Below, piece after piece: positions 56,322 to 64,000 of a stretch of 64,000 nucleotides of DNA. The stretch lies in assembly GCF_009914755.1 (NCBI RefSeq), contig NC_060928.1. The stretch is one strand, 5' to 3'. The position numbers and the translations under genes were made by a program. Position 1 is the stretch's first letter, and each line of letters starts with the position of its first letter. The notes beneath the pieces are model-generated. The model was not told where the DNA came from, did no database searches, and saw nothing but the letters and a program-made list of their open reading frames with translations. This stretch comes from the human T2T-CHM13v2.0 reference genome, Homo sapiens.

Positions 56322-57469
56322 TTATTACTGTTTAACTACAAAAGAGGCTACTTCACAAAATTAATCAACTAACAATTTTCTCTCCTTTTACTGAGAAAAG
56401 TGTGAGATAATCTCTGGGAAACAAATACAAAGAGTCAAATTGTTTTCAAATACCAATGTGACCATTGCCAGAGTAAAGTATGAACAATTTTATTGGTTTT
56501 AATACTGATTAAAATAGAAGTAAGGAGTAAAGACAAAAAAATTAATACCTCCAAACATGGAAAAAAACCCTCTGAAATAGTTGTACCAATTATATTTTTC
56601 AATTTCAAAACTGCAATTGATATAAAATCTGAAACAAATTCATGTTAGCTTTTCCTCTGAAATAATGCTCAGGCTGAAGGTCAGCTTATTCATGTGTGCC
56701 TGCAAATAAGAAAAGGACTGACTGAGATGGAATTAACTGAGGTATGATTGATGAAAGGCAAGAAAAAGAGGGATAGTCAGTGTACATGCTCCCTTGGAAG
56801 GAAGGAAGGAAGGAGACGGCTGAGTTGGAAAGTTCCCCATGTAGGATCCAGGTCATTTTAGTGCAGAATATCCTGCTAGTTCTGCTAATTGAACTTGGTG
56901 AAGCAGTAGAGACCCTTTGGCTGAGTGAAGAGAAAGGAAAGGATATTATACTCAGTTCATTATATCTCTGAGACAGTCACAAATAAAGCTTTAAAGCACG
57001 ACAAGCACAATCCTCCACCTCATGTTTCTCATGACCCTTCACACGTGAATATTAAGCATAGTTTTCACTATTTCTTCATAAGAAAAAGATGAAGTTTCTG
57101 AAAGCCTCTGTTCATAAAATTTATAGGAAAGGGGTTTGTGAATTGTAAAGCTCCATATACAAGTGTTGGATAATACAACTGATTTGTTATTTCTTCCTAT
57201 TACTATCTGAATGATTATTTTACTTTGCATTTAATTTGTTGAAGATAGAGAAGCTACCTAAGACTGAAGAAATGTAATGTGGGGGAAAAAATGGGTAAAG
57301 TGAGAGAAATCTGAGGGAAAAAGAAAATAGTAAAGTGAAAATAAAGGTAATAGGACAGATAATCTCATCTATTCTTATTGTTTAAAGTGTTGTTTATATT
57401 TACTGTTGTCCTAACCTTTCCCAAATTAATTCTTGCCCTTCTTGTCTTCTTTGCTCCTTCCATATTTAG

Positions 57470-58070
57470 TGAGTTGGACTATGGATCAGGTACTGTGCTC
57501 AGCATCAGAAAATGGGATGACAATGAACAGAGTAACAGGACTATATTTCTGAAAAAGGATGAACTTACTGGAAACAGGATTGCGTATGTATCGAGACTAT
57601 GGGAGTTAGTTAGGAGACTACTGGGAAACTTCTAGTAATCTAAGTCAGAGAGAGCCTGGATTAGAGTGGTAGCAGCCCAAAGGAAGAGAAGCAGACATCT
57701 GAGAGCTGTTTAAGAGTAGATCAGATAGGAACTGGTAATGACTCCTGACTAGGAGTGGGATGAGGGAGATGAGGGGATGAGGGAGATAAAGGGAAAAAGT
57801 ATGAATGTTAAACTTTCTGCCTTGGGATGCTGACCTCATTTACTGACACAGGAAAAGGGAGAAGATGATTAAAGATGGGGGATGAAGCAGGGGAACCTGA
57901 CTAGCTGAATGTTGGATCTGTTCATTTTAAGGTGCCTGAAATATACCCAAATGGATATAAATGTCAACTCAGTTCTGGACTGGAGATATAGATTTGGAAT
58001 GCACCAACAATGCAGATGGTAATCCTGGCATGCGAGTAGGTGAGATCATCCAGGGAGATGGCCTATAATG
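57470..58070. mobile_element. L2 relic
   Basis: Purine-rich L2 motifs (gagttagttaggagacta...ctggactggagatatagatttggaa...gagatcatccaggga). Confidence 0.6.
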
Positions 58071-58179
58071 AGAGCCTACAACATGTCAGGTAGTTTGCTT
58101 TAATTTTTTTTAGTTTATTATATTTAATTTTTACAATAACCTTGTGCAGGGCATGCCCATTTACGACATCAAAACCCTC

Positions 58180-58685
58180 AATCCCACCTCTTACTCATCC
58201 ACTGATGTAGTGTCCAGTTTCATGCACGCTTTAACAGACTTCATGCAAGTACCAATTAGAAGGTGTTTTGTCCCAGCCTATCTTTAATACCTCTCACTTC
58301 TGCCTTAGAGCTTTCTGACCCCACAACTGGTGCCCAGAGGAATGTTCTCTGCACTCATACTTGTTCATCCTGAAAGTGTCAAAGAGTGAAGGCCTGTGGA
58401 CCACCTTGGACCAGGGGGGTACAAAGACCTAGGGACAACTGCCTTTGTCTTGCCAGTCAACAGTTCTGGGTCTTATTTCATAAGACTCCTCAAAAGTGCC
58501 TGGGAAGACTAAGCACCAGTATGGGTGGACATCTGGATAGCTCATCCCTCTACTGCCTTTCCTTTCTTCCCTGCTTCCTTCCCAGTTCTGCATTCCTGCT
58601 CCCTGGGGTCATATTCACAAATAGCCTATATGCACACTGACTTTCATCTCAGGTTGTGTCTCCAGGGTAACCTCAGCTGAGACCT
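58180..58685 (+). mobile_element. LTR16-like ERVL LTR
   Basis: 3' end catctcaggttgtgtctccagggtaacctcagctgagac, preceded by a pyrimidine-rich tract. Confidence 0.5.
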
Positions 58686-59869
58686 CTCTAAAGTTGCCAT
58701 CTTTTTGCTTTCTAGACAATCAAAGGCTCAGTGAAAAATAATGTGCTCAAGGTTGATATAAATGGTAGAGCTGGCATTCAAGTATATCCTCTTCAACCCA
58801 TCACACTGTCTTAGGATACCAAAGTACTTTAAAGGCACACAGTATCCACTCATTGACCCACTTAGGGGCTGGACTACGAAATGCAATTAGGTGGTTATTT
58901 AACACAAACAAGTTAGAACTTCAAACACACATTACATTTTTAGACGACGCAGAAGGGACTGTTTCACATTAGAGAAAATTCTTGGCTTGAGATAGATGAA
59001 TGCAAACTGTGTTTGCCTTTACTTACATTCTAAAAATACAGATTTATGAATCCATAACAGAGTGACAAATGACTCGAATTTCCTGTATATAAAAACATTC
59101 ATGGAAACCAGTGTATTCTCTATCTGTTGTATTTTCCTCTTTCAAACACAAGGCTATGTGGCTTCTTTATTTAAGGTTGCATCAGAAGGACCCATTTAAA
59201 CCACTACTGCTACAGAATTTTGTTCTCACACTGCTGTCAGTGAGCACTAATGGACCAGCATACTCACTTTGCATTTTCCTCTGTTCTGCACAGTTGTTGG
59301 TCCATCTCTGACAGTAGTATTAGGATGTCCAATGCAGAAATCAGACCAATATTTTAAAAATAGAAAGCCTTAGAAATCTATAGAAAATGAAAGCCCCATG
59401 GGGGTGGGAAACTATATTGCCACCCCAGTCTTCCTATGTCACCAAGAACAAACAACATCCTTGGTTCTGCTTCTTAGCCATATATATTACTCTGGGCTCA
59501 ATTCTCTAACAACCTCTTTGTAACCTTCAATCCCATTTAGTTCTTTACTTCATCATTTCTCTTCAAATCATCACTATTGCTTTCTTCTCCCAATCAACCT
59601 TTTTTTTTTTTGCCTTCTCATTGTCTATAATCATATTCAATGACATAAATATTCATAATGATGATTCATTTCACCTTTTGACCTCAGAATTCTCTGACCT
59701 CCTTGACACTACTGATTATCTCTTTGCACATAATGATGGACAGGGCTCCGCTTCTTTGTTCCACAGCTACTAGGTTCTACTGGGCACAGTATTTTTGCCA
59801 CTCCCTTTATTCACCACAGGACAAAGCAAGATCTTGAACTCCTATCTGTTGCTAAGAACATTCCCCTGT

Positions 59870-60118
59870 GAAAATAGCTAAAACCTGTAGAGCATTTAAC
59901 ATGTGCCAGGAAATGTTCTAAGCACTTTACATCTATTTATACCCCTTTAATCCTTATGAAAATCCCAGAAGATAGGTATTTTCATTATTCCATTATACAA
60001 AGAAGGAAACAGGGACATAGAGAAGTTTAATGACTTGCACAAGGTCACAGAGTAAGAGGAGAGAGAAGCCAAGATTTGAAGCTAGGCATCTGGCTCAAGT
60101 TGGCTCTTAACTACCATA
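59870..60118 (-). mobile_element. MIR
   Basis: atgtgccagg...ctaagcactttac...gaaggaaacagggacatagagaagtttaatgacttgcacaaggtcacag. Confidence 0.8.
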
Positions 60119-61741
60119 ACCATCACAGCCACTGCATGGTGGTATAAGGACTAAATGAACTAATATATAAAAAGTGCAAAAACGTTTCAAATGGCATAAG
60201 GCCTATATAAAGTTTTAGCTTCTATTATTAGTATTTACTACTGACATAGGACTAATTGAATTGAACTTTCACTTTATTCATAGTCAGATCTCCAGGCTCT
60301 CAAGATTCCAACCTGACCAGAGATCATCTCATTCATGGGTAAAATGGACTTTACCCAGTTTGAACTTCACACATGATTTTGTGCTGTGTGTAGTGCCCTT
60401 TTAAGTCTCTCACATCCTGCTGACCCTCTATTCCCACTGTGCCAGACCATGACTTCAGCTCACTTCTGTCCTCTATTAGAGCAGAGAAGACAGTCATGGG
60501 ATAGAACAAGTTCTCCCAGGACAAATATACAGTGTGACTGTGGCTACCAGGAGATTTTTCTCCCCCTGATTGTATTGCATCTCTAACCTTGAAAAAAACA
60601 CATTCGTTCGATCATTTTACCACTTCTAACTACCACCCTATTTATTATCTTCTACTGGACTTATTGCCAAAACTCCCATAACTTCCATTCTTGCCAACCC
60701 TCTCTCTCAGTGCACACATATACATATTTCCCAGCTCTTTCATTTTCATCAATGGCACCATCACTGTTCCAGTTTCTTGGACCAGAAGTCATATCTCCTT
60801 CCTTCATGCTTATATATAACTAGCTGCTCATTATTAAATTAAAAAATTTTTTTCTCCTTCAGTCTCTTCCTCTCTCTAGCCAGTATGTGATTTTTCAGCT
60901 TATACTTGACTTGCTGTAACAGCTTTCTAGTTGAGCTCTGTGGTTCTAATTTCTACCCATTCACCTTGTAGCTTACATTCAGACTTCCTTCCTAAAACTG
61001 TGCATTTATTACACACTGCAGTGGCTCCTTTTTCCCACCCATATCAAATCTATAATGCACTGGTTAATTTTATAACCCTGCATCAAAAAGTTTCCATTTG
61101 TTCATTCTCTTCTTTTTCATTCCTAATCAGTGTGAACCTTCTAACTCTAGTCAAGCTAGCCATCACCACTATTCCAAGAACATGCTTACCTCATGGTGCT
61201 CCTGAAATATATTTATCCTTTCTCCTTTCTAAATCCTACCCACATTTTAAGACCAAGTTTAAGTCTCATTTCCTCCATTAACAATGGAGATGTACTACAT
61301 CTGTCTTGACCAGTTTTCTCTGCTGAACACTTACAGTCCATGCACTAAATAACTCAGGACTAGATACTTTCTTGTAGTGATCACTATTACTTCATGAGAC
61401 TATGACAATTCTTAATGGCAAGAATCACATTTTATACTTCTATCACTTTCTTTCTGCCTTGCAAAGGGCAAAAGCCCTAGTATAATAATTATTCATTATC
61501 TATCTGCCTAGAATATAACATAATTTCACTGCATTATTTATCAACACCAAACTTGAATCTAACCAAATAAATGCATCTACAACAGTCTTCTTATACTGAA
61601 TGCAGACCTAATGCAGGTAATCTCTCTACATAACCCAAATGCTACAATTGTGTTTTCTCTAGTGGTTGTCTGCACTTTAGCTATTTTGTTCCTATTACTG
61701 CCTATTTTTAAAATAAGAATTCAGTATCTATCTGAGATCAT

Positions 61742-62034
61742 TCTTTTTTTTTTGAGATAGTCTCGCTCTGCTGCCCAGGCTGGCATCAGTGGCGAGATCA
61801 CAGCTCACTGCAACCTCTGCCTCCTGGGTTCAAGTGATTCTCCTGCCTCAGCCTTCCAAGTAGCTGGGACTACAGGCACCCGCCACCACACCCGGCTAAT
61901 GTTTTTTGTATTTTTAGTAGAGATGGGGTTTCACCATATTGGCCAGCCTGGTCTCGAACTCCTGACCTCGTGATCCACCTGTCTCGGCCTCCCAAAGTGC
62001 TGGGATTACAGGCGTGAGCCACCGCGCCCAGCCC
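61742..62034 (-). mobile_element. AluS in PDE5A intron 14
   Basis: Poly-T, GAGATAGTCTCGCTCTG...GCGTGAGCCACCGCGCCCAGCC. Confidence 0.94.
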
Positions 62035-64000
62035 TCATTCTCTTCTTGATTCACCCAAGTGGGAGAAGTAAGCATGAGCAGTGAACTCTTCTCTCATATA
62101 TGCCACTGGCATACCTGTAGAACTCCTCTACGATGGTAGTTTCCTAATCAAAGAAGGCATCAAATAATCAAATGATGACTCAAGGGGCAACTTTCTATTG
62201 GAGAAATATCTTCTTCCAAGGTAATTTCAGGGTAATTTTCTGAAAAGATGTTCAAGAATGAGTGAGGAAAATCTCAGTTTCTAATTTTGCCACCACATGA
62301 CCATTTTTCTCTTTTTGATAAATTACTTTCATCTCTGTGCATTGTTTTATTTTTTGATTTTCTCTAAATATTAGTTTGAATATCTGATGAGGGCTGGACA
62401 CAGTATACCTTTTTAGAAGATAGTACTTTACATGGGAATATTTATGGTACTCATAGTTTCCTGGGTCTCCTGGCTAAGAAAATTCTACTTTAAGTATCAC
62501 TCATTTACCAACAAGGAAAGAAAAAAAAAGAAAAATCCCTGGAAAATTCTTGGTTTCCTCTACTGAAACCACAGGGATGTAGGAAGAAATAAAAATCTTT
62601 GAAACTGCTTTAACTTTTTTTTTTTTTTTAAAGTTGAAGTCTGCTTTGTGGTGTGTGTGTGAAAGCAAGATTCTGCAGTCAATGACTTTTTCCCAGGATG
62701 TTTTCTTTTTCTTTTTCTTTCTTTTTTTTTTTTGGAGAAGATGACGTTTCTCCAGATGTTTTTGGGGTAATTATTTTTAAATAAACAAAGGAAAAAATAG
62801 TTGAGTGTTTTTTTTTTCACTCTAAAGCAGGGCAATATAGCATCTTAGAGCAATCCATACACTAATAATACACATACTAATAATATTATGTTCAGTGTAG
62901 CACATGCTTATTCTGATCTTTTGGTTGTGCTGACTGTGGAGAGGCGTACTATGTGGCTTGACTCTGTACTATACATCTTTTCATATCAGTGTCCCCTTTC
63001 ATAATTATTCTGTGTCTGTGTGAGGCTCAGGATTGCAATCACATGACAAAGCACAGGGGACAAAGGACATGTCACCCAGTCAGTTCTCCAAAACATGAGA
63101 TTTTTCAAGAGGAAACAGCCAGACTCTGATACTCAGGCAAGAGCTTGCTATCTTTTCCCATCAAAGGTCAGCAGAGGACATGGTTGTTACATCACTACAA
63201 TTCTTTCTACATGAAGTTTTCCATTTATTTAGATAAGAAGAATGTGATTAGAGAGCTTTCTGAAATTCCCTCTAGATATCAGACATCTGGAATTTCCTTG
63301 AGAGATCTGCCCATTAGTTGAATCACTTGTGTACTTAAAAAATGCTCAGTAGTAAGAGATCTTGCACTTAAAATGTAGACCTTTCAACTAAATTCCTGTA
63401 AGAAAATAAAAATATCACAGTGGCTCAAACATTTGATGAAAAGTGATGTCACCTTTATCCTCTCATTTGTCATCTCAAATGCCACTTAAGTATGGCTCTT
63501 AAAGGAGCCTGACACTTGTCCTAACGGATAGTGTCTCACTCTCAAACTCAGTCAATGAGCAGACATCTGATGACAGTACATCTCTAGCATCTGCTTCTAA
63601 TATTTAAGACTTAAATAGGTACCAAGCATTCTGCTTGGTATTGATGTGCATTATCTTTTACAACTATTATCTCCATTTTACAGATCAGGACATAACGGTA
63701 TAGAGAAATTAGACAGAGGACCAGTTTTCCAACAGAGTGCTATGTAGCTTCCACTAAGACCAAAAGCCTCCTTCTACTGAGCACTTAATAAGTATGTAGG
63801 GCCGAGCTAAGCACTTTTCAAATATTATCTTTTCTACTGTAGGGTAAAATGTTACCTTTTCTAAACTAGTCTTAATAGTTTTCTAAGGAAGCTGTTAAGC
63901 TGGATATATATAAACTAAAGTAAAACTCCTGGTAATTATCTAATGAAATAAGATTCTCAACATAAATATGTTTTGAACTTCAGGGCTGAAAAATTATAAA

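Noticed and set aside
62500-62830. Lysine-rich - strand ORF and poly-T/A cluster
   Set aside because: Low-complexity intronic homopolymer runs with no convincing exon or coding signal.

Overview
This is primate (human-like) genomic DNA, not microbial. It is AT-rich and dense in Alu, L1, MIR, L2, LTR and DNA-transposon relics. Two transcription units converge. (1) On the + strand, a CpG-island first exon (to 251) is followed by three intron-flanked exons of an unprocessed, partial SEPTIN7 duplicate (3086-3192, 5847-5943, 6833-6967). This copy is disabled by a P-loop S->L change and a 4-nt frameshift. From recall, the SEPT7 pseudogene next to PDE5A is SEPT7P14/LOC645513 on 4q26 (not verified here). 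(2) On the - strand are the last seven coding exons of PDE5A (cGMP phosphodiesterase 5 catalytic domain, 56253->43720), all in phase with GT-AG sites, plus a ~4.2 kb 3' UTR ending near an AATAAA at 39537-39542. A ~4.8 kb 5'-truncated, decayed L1PA lies at ~28-32.8 kb. I found no evidence of a wholly new biological system. The most interesting unexplained structures are a 68-bp inverted repeat enclosing a 211-bp copy of nearby intron sequence in PDE5A intron 19, a candidate poison exon in PDE5A intron 18, a + strand exon whose acceptor overlaps the PDE5A poly(A) signal, and a possible 67-aa chimeric septin micropeptide. Repeat-family calls and repeat boundaries are by eye and approximate. Exon numbering is from recall.
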